A stretch of 60,323 nt of DNA from an uncultured Myxococcales bacterium (GCA_964478315.1 CAYZID010000003.1:1-60323); one strand, 5' to 3'; shown: positions 35,823 through 46,068, counted from the first letter of the stretch. A program made the numbers and translations. Notes: generated by a model not told the origin, from the sequence alone.

Positions 35823-35962
35823 TATCGCATGGGCCTCCGCGCGCGGGTGCCTCCGCGCAGGTCGCGCCGGGTCGCGCCGGTCGGAGAGGGGCGCTCTTGC
35901 CGCTCCTGGGGGCTGGTTGCCCCGTGTCGTGCGACCCTCGTGGCCGCCGACACCGAGCCGCG

Positions 35963-37462
35963 CTACGCCGAGAACTGCCTCTTGAGCCGCTCGATCCGCT
36001 CATCGAAGGTCGGGTCCGCCTGGCGGAGCTTGTCGACCCGCTTGAGGGCGCTGAGCACCGTGCTGTGGTCGCGGCCTCCGAAGTACCGGCCGATCTGCGG
36101 GAGGGAGGCATCCGTGAGCGTGCGGATGAAGTGCATGGCCACCTGGCGCGGGACGCTCACGGTTCGGGCGCGGCTGGGCCCCTTGAGGTCTGCGAGGGTG
36201 ACGTGGAACTCATGGGCGATGGCCTTGGCGATGGCTTCGGGTGTGAGGCGGCGGAGGTCCTCGTTGACGAGGTCGCCCAGGACCTCCCTCGCCATGTTCG
36301 CGTCGATGGGCTTGCCGAAGATGCGCGCGTGGGCCGCGAGGCGGAGCAGCGCCCCCTCCAGCTCTCGGACGTTGCGCGTGATGTGGCGCGCGAGGAGCAT
36401 GGCCACGGCGTCGTTCAGGGGGACCTCGTCTTCGTCCGCCTTGCGCTTGAGGATGGCCACGCGCGTCTCGAAGCTCGGGGGCTTGATGTCGGCGATGAGC
36501 CCCCACTCCAAGCGCGACTTGAGGCGGTCCTCCATGTCTGGGATGGACCGTGGGAGCTGATCGCTGGTCATGACGATCTGCTTGTGGTTCGAATGCAACG
36601 TGTTGAACATATGGAAGAACTCTTCTTGCGTTCGGTCCTTCCCGGCGATGAACTGGATGTCGTCCACGAGCAGCACGTCGCAGTCATCTCGATAGGTGCG
36701 CCGGAACGCCTGCATCCCGTCGTTGCGAATGGCGTCGATGAGATCGTTGACGTAGGTCTCGCTGGTCACGTAGCGGATGCGAGCGGCCGGATTCTGGGCG
36801 GCTACGGCGTGCCCTACGGCGTGCAGGAGGTGCGTCTTGCCGAGCCCCACCCCGCCGTAGAGGAACAGCGGGTTGTACTGCGATCCCGGACGGTCGGCGG
36901 CGGCCCGCGCCGCCGTGAGGGCGAACTGGTTGTTGGGCCCGTGGACGAAGGTGTCGAAGCGGTACCGCCCGATGAGGCCTGGGATCTCCACGCGCGCGCT
37001 GGAGACGGCAGGCGCGCGCTCCTCGGGCGTGGAGCGTCGCCGGGCCTCGTCGCCGTCACGTGGGCTCGTCTGGGGCTGCGTGGAAGGGCTCTCCTGGGGA
37101 CCGCCGTCCTTGGGAGGGTGGACGCGGATCTCGAAGGGGCCCCCGGTGAGCTCGCGCAGCGCCTGTTGGATGGACCCCAGGAAGTTCTCCTCGATCCAGC
37201 GCGCGTGGGCCCCGTCCGGGGCGAGGAGCACGAGGAGGCGCTGGGCCTCGTCCGCCTCCAAGGCGCGGATGGGGGAGATCCACTGGCGGTAGTTGTAGGG
37301 CTCCACGGCGGGACGAAGGAGCTCGGCGGTTCGTTCCCAGAGGCTCAAGGTGTCGACCTCTCCGGCTGACCGAGCCGGGGTGTTGGAGGTGGCGTCGTCG
37401 TCCTTGTCCACGCGCGGCCCTGAGTGGTTGGCTCGATGCTCGACGAGTGGATGGCCTTCCAT
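35963..37462 (-). CDS. dnaA: chromosomal replication initiator protein DnaA
   Basis: LSLWERTAELL... N-domain, Walker A GGVGLGKTHLLHAVG, Walker B LLVDDIQFIAGK, and a C-terminal DNA-binding signature (PRQVAMHFIRTLTDASLPQIGRYFGGRDHSTVLSA). The start is uncertain among ATG 37462, GTG 37411 and GTG 37621. Confidence 0.93.
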   Translation of the reverse strand: MEGHPLVEHRANHSGPRVDKDDDATSNTPARSAGEVDTLSLWERTAELLRPAVEPYNYRQWISPIRALEADEAQRLLVLLAPDGAHARWIEENFLGSIQQALRELTGGPFEIRVHPPKDGGPQESPSTQPQTSPRDGDEARRRSTPEERAPAVSSARVEIPGLIGRYRFDTFVHGPNNQFALTAARAAADRPGSQYNPLFLYGGVGLGKTHLLHAVGHAVAAQNPAARIRYVTSETYVNDLIDAIRNDGMQAFRRTYRDDCDVLLVDDIQFIAGKDRTQEEFFHMFNTLHSNHKQIVMTSDQLPRSIPDMEDRLKSRLEWGLIADIKPPSFETRVAILKRKADEDEVPLNDAVAMLLARHITRNVRELEGALLRLAAHARIFGKPIDANMAREVLGDLVNEDLRRLTPEAIAKAIAHEFHVTLADLKGPSRARTVSVPRQVAMHFIRTLTDASLPQIGRYFGGRDHSTVLSALKRVDKLRQADPTFDERIERLKRQFSA

Positions 37463-37616
37463 GGTCGGAGGGGGGCGAGGCGAAGACCCAAGCGGAGACC
37501 CCAGCGGGGGCGGGGGGCCTCGTTCAGCGTGCGTGAAGCGCGGGGAGCCTACGTCGCTGATCCGCCCGCGAGCCCCAGAGGCGCCCACGAGCGAAGTGGG
37601 AAGGGAGATCATGAGG

Positions 37617-37632
37617 TCCACGAGATCGTGGA
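37617..37632. promoter_or_regulatory. inverted pair of TCCAC-core half sites (TCCACGA-ga-TCGTGGA) upstream of dnaA
   Basis: 7-bp perfect arms at 37617-37623 and 37626-37632, each resembling the core of a DnaA box (GGTCCACGA / TCGTGGAAC). It lies in the dnaA-rpmH divergent region. Confidence 0.35.
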
Positions 37633-37854
37633 ACTCGGACCGTCACGGATACCAGCCGAGAGCCTGGGCGGCAAGGCGGGTTCCAGGCACCTTGGAACCC
37701 ACCCGGACAACCCCGGAAGATCGGTCCCGAAAGGCTCCAGACCCGGCGGTGGGACCCGGGTCGCCGCGAGCCGGCTCCCAGGATGTCTCGACGCCTTCCG
37801 CAGATCGCGTTGTAATCACAAACGGTTAGAGAATCGGCCTCGGGCCCCTTTCCC

Positions 37855-37884
37855 TTGACACGATGGCGCGGCGCGTGCTTACTG
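37855..37884 (+). promoter_or_regulatory. sigma-70-like promoter candidate for rpmH-rnpA-yidD-yidC-jag
   Basis: TTGACA at 37855-37860, an 18-nt spacer, and TTACTG at 37879-37884. It lies about 130 nt upstream of the rpmH GTG. Assigned by eye only. Confidence 0.4.
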
Positions 37885-38013
37885 TCGCGCCCATTGCGGG
37901 CGCCCCCTCTCCCCCGAGACCCCGGCTCCCGGGCCCCAGCGCGGGCGTCATCGCGCACCGGACACCGACACAGCACCTCTTTCTACCGACCGTGAGACAC
38001 GGAGGAGCCTGAC

Positions 38014-38163
38014 GTGAAGCGCACCTTCCAGCCGAGCAACCGCAAGCGCAAGAACAAGCATGGCTTCCGCAAGCGCATGTCCACCCACGCGGGCCGCAAG
38101 GTCCTCGCCGCGCGCCGCCGCAAGGGGCGCAAGCGGCTGTGCGTGACTGTCGCCGCCAAGTAG
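38014..38163 (+). CDS. rpmH: 50S ribosomal protein L34
   Basis: Not in the ORF track because it is under 60 aa. GTG 38014 follows GGAGGAG. Translation is [49 protein letters not shown], with stop TAG at 38161-38163. Confidence 0.95.
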   Translation: MKRTFQPSNRKRKNKHGFRKRMSTHAGRKVLAARRRKGRKRLCVTVAAK

Positions 38164-38172
38164 CGCGCGGCG

Positions 38173-38607
38173 TTGACGCGGGGCTCCTTCTGCTTCCCGC
38201 CCGAGGCGCGCCTCAAGAAGCGGCGCCAATTCCTTCGGATCCGCGATCGAGGGAAGCGGCTTTGGGGACGTCGCCTCATCTTCTCCATCCAGCCGGGCGC
38301 CGCGGCCCGGTCGCGGTTGGGCATCACCGTCTCTCGAAAGGTCGGCCACGCCGTCGTCCGCAATCGGATCAAGCGCTGGGTGCGCGAGGCCTTCCGCCAG
38401 CACCCTGAGCTCTTCGCGCACCCCGTAGACCTCGTGATCACGGCAAAACGAGGGGTGACCGACTGGAGCTACGCGGCGATCCGAGATGAGCTCCATCATG
38501 TCCTTGCCCGCTATTTTGAGACGGACCACGTGCGCGCTTCTCGGCGCCGGTCGAGCCGTCGACGGCGCTCTGGCCGCCGTGGCTCGCCTCCTCGTGGCGA
38601 CCTATAA
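38173..38607 (+). CDS. rnpA: ribonuclease P protein component
   Basis: [17 protein letters not shown]...[27 protein letters not shown], the RNR motif region. TTG start is 10 nt after rpmH. Confidence 0.9.
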   Translation: MTRGSFCFPPEARLKKRRQFLRIRDRGKRLWGRRLIFSIQPGAAARSRLGITVSRKVGHAVVRNRIKRWVREAFRQHPELFAHPVDLVITAKRGVTDWSYAAIRDELHHVLARYFETDHVRASRRRSSRRRRSGRRGSPPRGDL

Positions 38608-38818
38608 GTTCGCCGTCTCCCCGTTCCTGCCGCCCGCGTGCCGGTACTACCCGACGTGCTCGGTGTACGCGGGTGAGGCGCTCAAGCGTCACGGGTTCCT
38701 CCGCGGTGGCTGGCTGGCCGCCAAGCGCGTGGCGAGCTGTCACCCCTGGAGCCCTGGCGGGGTCGATCCGGTCCCCGCCGCGCACGCTCACCTAGATCAC
38801 AAAGGGATCTGCCGATGA
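38486..38818 (+). CDS. yidD: membrane protein insertion efficiency factor YidD
   Basis: [31 protein letters not shown] signature. It overlaps the rnpA 3' end in another frame. The start is uncertain (38486, 38498, 38504 or 38516). Its stop overlaps the yidC ATG. Confidence 0.85.
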   Translation: MSSIMSLPAILRRTTCALLGAGRAVDGALAAVARLLVATYKFAVSPFLPPACRYYPTCSVYAGEALKRHGFLRGGWLAAKRVASCHPWSPGGVDPVPAAHAHLDHKGICR

Positions 38819-41121
38819 ACCGTTGGGGAGACCCTTCAACGCTGCCCGCCTGGGTGGCGCGCGGGCGCGTGTCTCGCCTCGCTGGCGCCGCGGCGGTGGT
38901 CGCCGTGCTCCTCGCGTCGACGACGGCGTTCGGGCAGGCCAGGGTGGGAGATCCCGGAGGCGCGGACGCCTCCGCAGACGTCAACACGGACAAGGGCGCA
39001 CAGGGTGCGGATGGCACCACGCCGTTCGTGCCCGGCCAGGTGACGGAGGTCGTGACGACCGGCCCGCGCGGGGCGCCCGAGCCGGAGGAGCGGCTGGAGG
39101 TGTCCCTGCCCCCGGACGCGCCGACGGTGGACTTCCTGTGGACCAACCGCGGCGGGACCTTGCGGAACGCCAGGCTCCGCAACCCGCGCTACGTGCGGGA
39201 CACCGATCAGGAGCCCATCCCCGGCGTCCCAGCCGAGAAGCTGGCGGCTGGGCCCATCGACCTCGTCACCACGTGGGATCCTGGGTTCTTGCCGTACCGC
39301 GTGGTGTTCCGCGACTTCTCGGGGGAGGCGCCCGTCACGCGTGTGCGCCGACGCGCCACGGGCGCTCGGGTCGCGGACGGGCGGCTGGCGCCACCACGTG
39401 GGGAGGCCGAGCAGGCCGGGCTCACCGTGAACCGGCCCGTGCGCGTGGGGGATGACCTGGAGATCACGGCCCCCCCCGCGTTGAAGGGGCTCTATCACGT
39501 GTTCCGCGTGACTGACTCCGGGGCCATCGAGACCCGCGAGCCGCTCCCGGTGAAGCAGGCCACGGGCGTGGCCTACGAGGTCCGCCGCAAGGGTGCGTTC
39601 GACGAGCTGTTCCGTGCGGAGCCGACCTTCGTGCGCGTGGGTGGACCCATGGGGGAGGACGGCAAGCCCGCGGGTCCCAAGCCGGGGCTGCCGGTGACCT
39701 ATGTCTGGCCCGATCCACGGACGGACCAGTCCGACCTGTTCCTGGAGAAGCGCTTCGAGGCGAGTGACAAGCCGTACCACCTGGGGCTGACCGTTCGCTT
39801 GCACAACTTCGGCCGCGAGGACGTGAAGCTGGGGGTCGGGCTCCGCCTGGCGGGCTGGCAGCACCCCAAGGCGAGCAAGGGGACGATGTTCCGTCCGCCA
39901 ACGAACGTCCTCGCAGCCTCGTGTTACACGGGGGAGAGCCTCGAACGCTACGACTACCATACCCTCCTGGAAGAGCGGGAAGACGACGCGGCGGTTGGTG
40001 CGCCCGGCACGGAGAGCTTTCCCATGGCCAACGGGTGGGTGGGCGTGGACACCACCTACTTCCTGTCGGCGGCGGTCCCACGGAACATGCCCGAGGCGCA
40101 GTGCTTGTTGGAGGCCTACACCTTTGGTGTCATCTCCTCGACCATCTGGACGCCCTCCATCGAGCCGCTCCGGGCGCCCGACAAGACCTGCGCCCCCGAC
40201 TGGCTGCCCGCGCGCCCAGGGCTCGCCTCCTGTCGCTCGCTGGCCGCGCGCTTTGGCGCCACGCCGGAGATGTCCAAGCGCCAGCTCAAGTCCCTGCGCA
40301 GCAAAGCGCGTCGGAAGATCGAGGGGATGACCGACGAGGCGGCGCGCAACCAGGCCTACGCGCACATCGAGGAGGCGTGGGACGCCCTCCGGGGGCGCCG
40401 CCAGCAGGTCTTCCGGTTCAGCCTCTTCGTGGGTCCCAAGGACCTCGACGCCATGCGAGCCATGGCCCCGTCTCTCAAGGAGTCGTTGAATTACGGCTGG
40501 TTCGGGTTCATCGCCGAGAGCCTCCACGCGCTCCTGCGCTGGTTCCACGACCTCGTGGGTCACTGGGGGCTCGCCATCATCTTGCTGACGGTGCTCGTGA
40601 AGCTGCTCCTGCTGCCGCTCACGAACAAGAGCTTCCAGTCCATGCAGAAGATGCAGAAGCTCAAGCCCGAGATGGACGCCATCAAGGAGAAGTTCGGTGG
40701 CGACCGCGAGGCCATGAACCGGGAGACCATGGCGCTCTACAAGCGGCGAGGGGTGAACCCCCTCACGGGCTGCCTGCCCATGTTCCTCCAGATGCCCATC
40801 TGGTTGGCGCTCTATCGCACCATCGGCTCCAGCGTAGAGCTGTACCACGCCCCGCTGGGGCTGTGGATTCAAGACCTCTCGGCGGGCGATCCCTACTTCG
40901 TCATGCCCATCGTCCTGGGTGTCCTCATGTTGGCGCAGTCTCATCTCACGACGAGCACCGCCACCATGGAGGGGATGCAGGCGAAGTTCATGAAGTACGG
41001 GATGCCGGTCATGTTCAGCGTCTTCATGCTGTTTTTGCCGGCTGGGCTCGTCCTCTACATCCTGGTCAACACGACCCTCACTATCATCCAGAACATCATC
41101 ATCAGGCGGCGATTGGCATGA
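38815..41121 (+). CDS. yidC: membrane protein insertase YidC (long periplasmic P1 domain)
   Basis: The C-terminal 60-kDa insertase core is present: [37 protein letters not shown]...[20 protein letters not shown]. The protein is 768 aa. Confidence 0.95.
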   Translation: MNRWGDPSTLPAWVARGRVSRLAGAAAVVAVLLASTTAFGQARVGDPGGADASADVNTDKGAQGADGTTPFVPGQVTEVVTTGPRGAPEPEERLEVSLPPDAPTVDFLWTNRGGTLRNARLRNPRYVRDTDQEPIPGVPAEKLAAGPIDLVTTWDPGFLPYRVVFRDFSGEAPVTRVRRRATGARVADGRLAPPRGEAEQAGLTVNRPVRVGDDLEITAPPALKGLYHVFRVTDSGAIETREPLPVKQATGVAYEVRRKGAFDELFRAEPTFVRVGGPMGEDGKPAGPKPGLPVTYVWPDPRTDQSDLFLEKRFEASDKPYHLGLTVRLHNFGREDVKLGVGLRLAGWQHPKASKGTMFRPPTNVLAASCYTGESLERYDYHTLLEEREDDAAVGAPGTESFPMANGWVGVDTTYFLSAAVPRNMPEAQCLLEAYTFGVISSTIWTPSIEPLRAPDKTCAPDWLPARPGLASCRSLAARFGATPEMSKRQLKSLRSKARRKIEGMTDEAARNQAYAHIEEAWDALRGRRQQVFRFSLFVGPKDLDAMRAMAPSLKESLNYGWFGFIAESLHALLRWFHDLVGHWGLAIILLTVLVKLLLLPLTNKSFQSMQKMQKLKPEMDAIKEKFGGDREAMNRETMALYKRRGVNPLTGCLPMFLQMPIWLALYRTIGSSVELYHAPLGLWIQDLSAGDPYFVMPIVLGVLMLAQSHLTTSTATMEGMQAKFMKYGMPVMFSVFMLFLPAGLVLYILVNTTLTIIQNIIIRRRLA

Positions 41122-42062
41122 GCGAAAAGACCAGCTTCACCGGACGTACCTTGGAGATCGCCATCGCGGCAGCGGCGAAGGCGTACGGCGTGACCCCCGA
41201 GGAGCTCGACTACGACGTCTTGGCCGGGCAGGGGGGCGGCTTCGCACTCATCAAGGTCAAGGGCCAGGGGGGGGCCGCCGCCGCTCCCGCCATGGTCGAG
41301 AAGCTCAGCGGCACCGGCGCCCCCGAGGGCAGCGACGAGGGCGAGGACCACGAGCACCGCGCGGAGTCCCGCGGCGGGCGGGACCGGGACCGCGGCGGCC
41401 GAGGGCGTGACCGTGGCGGGCGGGACCGGGATCGCGGCGGGCGCGATCGGGACCGCGGCGGCCGAGGGCGTGACCGCCGCGGGCGGCGCGACGACGACCG
41501 TGGGCGCTCTCGCCGCGGGGGACGCGGGCGCTCCTACGAGCTGCTGGAGGTGCCCGCCGACGGCCCCACCGAGGTGACGATGATCGTCCCCGAGGGCGTG
41601 GAGCTCAGCGAGATTGGCGAGGACGCCCACGAGGTCATGCGCGACATCCTCACGGGGATGGGCTTCGGCATGAAGGTCACCCTGCACGAGACCGAGGACG
41701 CGATCCGCTTCGATCTCGAGAGCGGCCCCTACCACGGTGCCCTCGTCGCCAACGAGATGGAGGTCCTGGACGCCATCGAGCACCTGGTGGACAAGATCGT
41801 CAACTTCGACGGTGACCACCGCAAGCGCATCACCGTGGACAGCGAGGGGGCCAAGGCCGGCGCCGAGGACGAGCTCTCGGAGTCCGCGCGTGCCCTGGCC
41901 GAGAAGGCGCTGGCCGACGGGCAGACCTACAAGATGGGCCCCATGAACGCCCGCTCTCGGCGTATCGTGCACATGACCCTGCGGGACGTGGACGGCGTGA
42001 CCACGCGCTCGGAGGGCGAGGGCGCGTTCCGCCGGGTGTGCATCGTGCCGAACAAGGGCTGA
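41118..42062 (+). CDS. jag: Jag/KhpB-type RNA-binding protein (Jag_N, KH, R3H) with an Arg/Gly/Asp-rich insert
   Basis: ATG 41118 overlaps the yidC stop. Jag_N is SFTGRTLEIAIAAAAKAYGVTPEELDYDVL. The R3H region is MNARSRRIVHMTLRDVDGVTTRSEGEGAFRRVCIVP. The RGGRDRDRGG repeats are encoded at about 41361-41533. Confidence 0.85.
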   Translation: MSEKTSFTGRTLEIAIAAAAKAYGVTPEELDYDVLAGQGGGFALIKVKGQGGAAAAPAMVEKLSGTGAPEGSDEGEDHEHRAESRGGRDRDRGGRGRDRGGRDRDRGGRDRDRGGRGRDRRGRRDDDRGRSRRGGRGRSYELLEVPADGPTEVTMIVPEGVELSEIGEDAHEVMRDILTGMGFGMKVTLHETEDAIRFDLESGPYHGALVANEMEVLDAIEHLVDKIVNFDGDHRKRITVDSEGAKAGAEDELSESARALAEKALADGQTYKMGPMNARSRRIVHMTLRDVDGVTTRSEGEGAFRRVCIVPNKG

Positions 42063-42115
42063 GCGCGCGGCGCCGGCGGGCATCGTCGCCGCCGGTCCGT
42101 CCCGTGCACTGCAAG

Positions 42116-42153
42116 GGCGGCCGCCCCCTCGGGGGCGCGCCGCCTTTTCTCTT
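42116..42153 (+). terminator. intrinsic terminator after jag
   Basis: GGCGGCCGCCCC-loop-GGGGCGCGCCGCC hairpin (one bulge) followed by TTTTCTCTT. Confidence 0.6.
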
Positions 42154-42177
42154 GGGAAGGTAGGGGGATCGCCGAGG

Positions 42178-43227
42178 TCACCGGCCGCAGCGCCTCCGCC
42201 ACCGCGGGCGCGCCGGTGGATCGGTGACGCGCTCGATCCCCACGAGGTGGACCTCGCTCGCGTGGCGCTCGAGGAAGCGCCGGAGCGCCTCCACGGTCTC
42301 CGGGTAGGGGTGCCCGATGATGACCGCGTAGCCTTGGCGCTTGGTGATGGCGAGGGCCTCTCGGAGCTGGGCGACGCCGGCCTCGGGATCGCGGTGATTG
42401 TCGAGGAAGACGTCCCGCGAGGCGGTGGGGTGGCCCAGCGCCTGCCCCAACGTGGCGAGCTGTGTGTCGGCCGTCGTGCGGCTGTCGAGGACCACGTAGT
42501 CGGTGGGGAGGGCGTCGAGGAGCGGGCCGAGGAGGTCGCCCCGCCCCGTGAAGGCGCTCCCCTGGTGGTTGTTGAAGCCCACCGCGCTGGGGACGGCGGC
42601 GAGGCTGCGGGTCCACAACGCCAGGCGTTCGGCTGGCGTCTGGTCCCGCCGGAGGTAGCCGCCGATGGTCATCTGGGAGGGGTAGATGGACTCCATGGGC
42701 ACGTGAACCAGGACGGTCGCGCCGCGGCTGTCGAGGAAGGCCTCGTCCGCGCGGCTCCATCGCCGCCCGGGGAGGATGGCGTACGTGAACGGCTGACCCA
42801 GGCGCCACAGGGGGCCGAGCTGGGCCTCGTGGAGCCCCAGGTCATCGATGACCACGGCCAAGCGGGGCCGAGGCGCCTCCACGGTGACCCGGGCGAGGCC
42901 CGCTGGCGTGCCGTCGGGGAATCGGTCCAGGAGCCTGGCGCGTGCGGCGGCCACGTCGTCGGTCACCACGCGCGCGGCGACGCCGTCGAGACCCGCCGGG
43001 GTGAGGTCCACCACGGGAAAGAGGGCGGCCAAGGCGCAGGCTCCGGCGAGGGGGCTCCCAACCTCCGTGGGTGCGTGGTCTAGGGGGCCCAGCGTGGTGG
43101 GCCGCGTCCCGCCCGAAGGCCCGCAGCTCGCGGCGGCGAGGAGTACCACCGGGAGGAGGCTTCGCCTGCGCGCTTGGGATCGCGGTGCCCACGCGAGCGC
43201 TCGTGGTGGGCGCCTCAGCGGAGCCAC
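42178..43227 (-). CDS. divergent polysaccharide deacetylase family (YibQ-like) lipoprotein
   Basis: LAVVIDDLG...GFNNHQGS...VLDSRTT...VFLDN...AVIIGHPYPETV. Lipobox-like LLAAASCG. The GTG start overlaps the envC-like 3' end. Confidence 0.8.
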   Translation of the reverse strand: MAPLRRPPRALAWAPRSQARRRSLLPVVLLAAASCGPSGGTRPTTLGPLDHAPTEVGSPLAGACALAALFPVVDLTPAGLDGVAARVVTDDVAAARARLLDRFPDGTPAGLARVTVEAPRPRLAVVIDDLGLHEAQLGPLWRLGQPFTYAILPGRRWSRADEAFLDSRGATVLVHVPMESIYPSQMTIGGYLRRDQTPAERLALWTRSLAAVPSAVGFNNHQGSAFTGRGDLLGPLLDALPTDYVVLDSRTTADTQLATLGQALGHPTASRDVFLDNHRDPEAGVAQLREALAITKRQGYAVIIGHPYPETVEALRRFLERHASEVHLVGIERVTDPPARPRWRRRCGR

Positions 43228-44420
43228 GGGCGGGGGTCGAGGGCTTTGCCGTCGAGGCGGATCTCGAGGTGCAGGCGCTTACCCCACAAGGAGCCCGTGT
43301 CGCCCATGAGGCCCAGGACGGCCCCCCCCTTGACCACCTGGCCGACCTTCACGTCGATGCGGGCGAGGTGTCCGTACAGGGACATGTAGCCACGGGTGTG
43401 GTCGATGATGACGGTGTTGCCCAGGCCCCGCTGCCAGCCCGTCCAGACGACGGTGCCCGAGTAGATGGCGTGGACGGGGACGTCCTCCTCGCCGTCCCAC
43501 TGGCTGGGGACGATGTCCACGCCGGGGTTGAACGTCTCCGTGCCCAGGCGCTTGTTCTTGTGCGTGCCGAAGCGCGAGATGATGACGCCCTTGTTCACCG
43601 GGTTGCGGATGAGGCGGCCCTTGCTCTCCTCGAACCACAGGCGCCGCCGGTCGCGGTCGCGGAGCCGATCCACCTTGTCCACCAGGGCGCGGTCCACGTC
43701 GCGGAGCTCGCGCATGACCTTCTGGTTGTAGGAGGGCTTGTCGCGCACGGCGGTCACGAGGGCCTCCTTCTCCTGGCGGTCGAGCTCGAGCTGCTGGAGG
43801 GCGAAGCGGATCTGAGCCTCGGTGTGGCGGAGGTTGGTGCGCCGGCGTTCGAGGTCGGCCTTGTGCTGCCGCCAGCGCTCGGCGTCCGCGCGGTACTGGG
43901 CCACGCGCTGGCGATCCTCTTTCACGAGGATCTCGAGGAGGCGCTTGCGGTGGGCCGCGTCCTGGAAGTCCCGGGTGCTAAAGAGCAGGGAGTAGGGGGA
44001 CACCCGGCGGATCTGGGTGAGGGCCCGGAGCCGCTGGCGCGTATGACGGCGCGCTTCGGCCAGGCGCCGTGTCTCCTCCTCGAAGCGCCGGGTCGTGGCC
44101 TCGAGGTCGCGGCTCACCACGTCGAGCTGGTGGTGGAGGCGCTCGAGTTCGTCCTCGCGCTGGGCGATCCGGATGTCGAGGGTCTCTGCGTGGTCGAGCA
44201 CGCGCTCGTCGGGGCGCAGGAGCCGCGAGACGGCCTCGGACGGCTTGCGCACGGGAGGGGGGGGAGGCGCGGGGACCACGAGGGTGTCGGGATCGACCGT
44301 GTCCGATGGCGTGGACGGGCCCGGGGCGGCGCCCAGGAGGGGGGTGGCGAGGAGCACCGTAGCCAGCGCGGAGGCGAGTCGTGCTGACGGGGAGGCCGCG
44401 GTGGACACCGGTCGCCTCAT
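43215..44420 (-). CDS. envC: EnvC-like coiled-coil protein with degenerate M23/LytM domain (murein hydrolase activator type)
   Basis: Trimmed to ATG 44420 ([25 protein letters not shown], signal peptide). It has a long coiled coil and a C-terminal LytM fold (GVDIV...[15 protein letters not shown]...GDTG...LHLEIR). The usual HxxxD and HxH metal ligands are incomplete. It lies directly downstream of ftsEX. Confidence 0.8.
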   Translation of the reverse strand: MRRPVSTAASPSARLASALATVLLATPLLGAAPGPSTPSDTVDPDTLVVPAPPPPPVRKPSEAVSRLLRPDERVLDHAETLDIRIAQREDELERLHHQLDVVSRDLEATTRRFEEETRRLAEARRHTRQRLRALTQIRRVSPYSLLFSTRDFQDAAHRKRLLEILVKEDRQRVAQYRADAERWRQHKADLERRRTNLRHTEAQIRFALQQLELDRQEKEALVTAVRDKPSYNQKVMRELRDVDRALVDKVDRLRDRDRRRLWFEESKGRLIRNPVNKGVIISRFGTHKNKRLGTETFNPGVDIVPSQWDGEEDVPVHAIYSGTVVWTGWQRGLGNTVIIDHTRGYMSLYGHLARIDVKVGQVVKGGAVLGLMGDTGSLWGKRLHLEIRLDGKALDPRPWLR

Positions 44421-45322
44421 GGCTCGCGGAGGTAGCGGCGGACGCTGAGGGCGGAGCCCGCGAGGCCCAGGGCCACGCCGCCGAGGACCAGCCAGGCGAT
44501 CATGCCGGCTGGGAGGAGGTCCAGGTCGATGTTGATGGCGTGCTCGCTCTGGAGAAAGCCGGAGAGGCGGCCGTGGATGAGCACGACCGCGAGGAGCGCG
44601 AGCGTGGAGCCCAGCAGGCCCGCGACGGCCCCCTCGATGTAGAAGGGGGCGCGGATGTAGCCATCCGTGGCGCCGATGAGGCGCAGGACCTCGATCTCGT
44701 CCTGGCGCGCGTAGACGGCGAGCTTGATCGTGGAGAAGGTAAAGAACACGGCCGCCGTGAGGACGATGACCGAGATGATGAGCCCCGCGAGCCGCAGCAG
44801 GTCCACGATGGCGAAGACCACGCGCAGCTTGTCGGCTCCGAAGTAGAGGTCCTGGACGCCTTCTACTCCCTCGAACTTGGAGACCCACTCGGGGAGCCGG
44901 CGGAAGTCCTCCTTGCGACGCTCGCGCGGCTTGAGCTGGACCTCGATGACGGGCTGGCCGGGGATGGCCTCCTCGTCGAGGCCTTCCAGGAGGTCCGGGG
45001 GCAGCGACGCCTTGTTTCGGGCGCGGTCTTCCTCGGCGCTGAGGACCGTCACGGAGTCCACCTCCTCGCGGTCTTCGAAGGCGCGGACCAGCGCGTCGAC
45101 CTGCTCTGTCGTGACGGTGGGCTCCAGGTAGACGGTGACGCGCAGGTCCCGCCCGATGCGGTCGAGCAGGCGGTCGGCGTTGACGACGACGAAGCCGAAC
45201 AGCCCCACCAGGATGAGGCTCACGGCGATCGTGAGGACGGCCACGAGGGTCAGCCCGGGGGCCGTGCGGATGTTCTTCCAGGCCTCGCGGGCGAACACGG
45301 CGGTGGGGGCTCGCTGGCTCAC
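44417..45322 (-). CDS. ftsX: cell division permease FtsX
   Basis: [29 protein letters not shown]..., with four TM segments and a periplasmic loop. It overlaps ftsE and envC by 4 nt each. Confidence 0.9.
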   Translation of the reverse strand: MSQRAPTAVFAREAWKNIRTAPGLTLVAVLTIAVSLILVGLFGFVVVNADRLLDRIGRDLRVTVYLEPTVTTEQVDALVRAFEDREEVDSVTVLSAEEDRARNKASLPPDLLEGLDEEAIPGQPVIEVQLKPRERRKEDFRRLPEWVSKFEGVEGVQDLYFGADKLRVVFAIVDLLRLAGLIISVIVLTAAVFFTFSTIKLAVYARQDEIEVLRLIGATDGYIRAPFYIEGAVAGLLGSTLALLAVVLIHGRLSGFLQSEHAINIDLDLLPAGMIAWLVLGGVALGLAGSALSVRRYLREP

Positions 45323-46068
45323 GGGCGCTCTCCCTCGCCGGGCTCGCGTCTCCGACCGTGGATCCCCTCCAGCGCGTGGGAGGCCGTGGGCGGGAGGACC
45401 TCGTCCGGGGCGCCGTCTTCGATGAGGAAGCCCTTGTTGAGCAGGACGACGCGCTCGCCGAAGCGCTCCATGAGCGACCGGTCGTGTGTGGCGACGACGA
45501 CCGTCGTCCCGGTGGCGTGGATGTCGACGAGCATGCGCAGGATCTCGATGGAGAGCTCGGGGTCCAGGTTCCCGGTGGGCTCGTCGGCGAGGAGGATCGG
45601 CGGCTCGTTGACGATGGCGCGCGCGATGGCGACGCGCTGCTGCTCGCCGCCGGAGAGCCAGGTGGGGAAGGACCGGGCGTAGCGTTCCAGGTTGACCATC
45701 TCCAGCACCTGGTTCACGCGCCTCTTGACGTCCCGCGCGGCGAAGCCCTGGACCTCCAGGGCCAAGGCGATGTTGTCGAACACCGTGCGGTGGGGCAGGA
45801 GCTTGAAGTCCTGCCAGACCACCCCCATGCTCCGGCGGAGGTAGGGGATGGAGGAGCGCTTGAGGACCGCGAGGTTGCGCCCGTTGACGAGGATCTGTCC
45901 CTCGCTGGGCCGCTCCAGGGCCATGAGGAGCTTGATGAAGGTCGTCTTGCCCGCACCCGAGGGCCCGGAGAGGAAGACGAACTCCCCCTCGCCAACGCTC
46001 AGGGTCATGTCCCGTAACGCCTCGATACCATTGGGGTATCGCTTGGTCACGTGGTAGAGCTGGATCAC
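45319..46068 (-). CDS. ftsE: cell division ATP-binding protein FtsE
   Basis: GTG 46068 gives [14 protein letters not shown]. Walker [13 protein letters not shown] signature [14 protein letters not shown], Walker [13 protein letters not shown]. Confidence 0.9.
   Translation of the reverse strand: MIQLYHVTKRYPNGIEALRDMTLSVGEGEFVFLSGPSGAGKTTFIKLLMALERPSEGQILVNGRNLAVLKRSSIPYLRRSMGVVWQDFKLLPHRTVFDNIALALEVQGFAARDVKRRVNQVLEMVNLERYARSFPTWLSGGEQQRVAIARAIVNEPPILLADEPTGNLDPELSIEILRMLVDIHATGTTVVVATHDRSLMERFGERVVLLNKGFLIEDGAPDEVLPPTASHALEGIHGRRREPGEGERP

Noticed and set aside
35830-35962. Short direct repeats (GCCTCCGCGC x2, GGTCGCGCCGG x2) just downstream of the dnaA stop, as additional origin elements.
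   Set aside because: They are short, GC-rich and expected by chance at this base composition. They have no DnaA-box resemblance and no phasing.
39921-41117. The 5' part of track ORF 39921..42062 overlapping yidC.
   Set aside because: It is out of frame with the well-supported yidC and Arg/Gly-rich. The Jag_N domain begins exactly at ATG 41118, which overlaps the yidC stop.
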